Virus record (IMG/VR): IMGVR_UViG_3300028586_000750
Direction: 5' to 3' (one strand)
Length of the DNA: 64,000 nt
Source: a virus
Position numbers and translations under genes: made by a program. A model generated the notes under the pieces. It saw only the letters and a program-made list of their open reading frames with translations. It was not told where the DNA came from and searched no databases. Positions 63,696 to 64,000 of the stretch are shown piece after piece. How positions within the stretch are numbered: the stretch's first letter is position 1; each line of letters opens with the position of its first letter.

Positions 63696-63855
63696 AAACG
63701 TATTTTAAACAAGACAGGTCGTTATAAATAATATAAGAGGTTTGTTGATCTGTATTTATCCTTTAAAATAAACACCCCCATTAACCAGGGGTGTTTATTT
63801 TTGCCCAAAAGTTGCTAAAACCATTACGAGTGTGCTACAGTATAACTATAAGGAA

Positions 63856-63918
63856 ATGAAGAAAACGTTAACTGAGAAGATTAACCTCATGACCGCAGAT
63901 TTGCTTGAAACACTGTAA
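63856..63918 (+). CDS. 20-aa peptide
   Basis: MKKTLTEKINLMTADLLETL; TTGCTA...TGCTACAGT promoter, RBS TAAGGA, terminator near 63961-63992. Confidence 0.45.
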   Translation: MKKTLTEKINLMTADLLETL

Positions 63919-64000
63919 CATCTCTCTTCTCTCTCCTAATTAGTGTTTCAAGCCCATTGAAAAACCCCACGAAAATATAACGTGGGGTTTTTCTTTGCCC

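Noticed and set aside
1-64000. tRNA, tmRNA, rRNA, transposase, integrase, and virion or replication genes
   Set aside because: No cloverleaf/T-loop signatures or diagnostic protein motifs were recognised. The phage assignment therefore rests on gene architecture and content, not on hallmark genes.
1-64000. Alternative genetic code
   Set aside because: Recognisable enzymes are full length under the standard code, with TAA and TAG stops falling at expected positions next to terminators.

Overview
The window is a gene-dense, AT-rich region of about 125 mostly short ORFs with frequent strand switches. It has no housekeeping operons and no recognisable virion, replication or integrase genes. The best reading (inference) is the accessory/host-takeover region of a very large bacteriophage or phage-like element infecting Actinobacteria. 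Support comes from pervasive leaderless TGn-TAnnnT-N5-7-ATG starts and from actinobacterial-type homologues (pilins, YccA, DUF318/TIGR03943 permease, HAD_SAK). Recognisable enzymes are Sir2, NADAR, an Arr-like ADP-ribosyltransferase, oligoribonuclease, a stand-alone (p)ppGpp-hydrolase-type HD protein, 5'(3')-deoxyribonucleotidase, a 2H phosphoesterase, three HAD_SAK phosphatases, a cyclic-phosphate receiver domain, an ATP-grasp ligase, gamma-glutamylcyclotransferase, a peptidase C26 amidotransferase, a GNAT and an MmcB-like nuclease. The most striking unexplained structure is: (1) seven full-length type IV pilin genes with constant heads and variable tails in two oppositely oriented arrays, with no pilus machinery in the window; (2) an 11-mer GGGAAAAGACA seen 18 times, always on the + strand, never closer than about 1.4 kb and often 1.4-2.0 kb apart; (3) 17 long palindromes sharing a CCCCACCAG core but with different, almost always fully paired outer arms, mostly between convergent genes; (4) two unannotated paralogous 43-44 aa secreted-type peptides, each in its own promoter-terminator unit; (5) three promoter-to-terminator units lacking a convincing ORF (candidate ncRNAs) and a promoter overlaid by three DnaA-box-like repeats. 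All family assignments come from motif recognition by eye; no database search was run.
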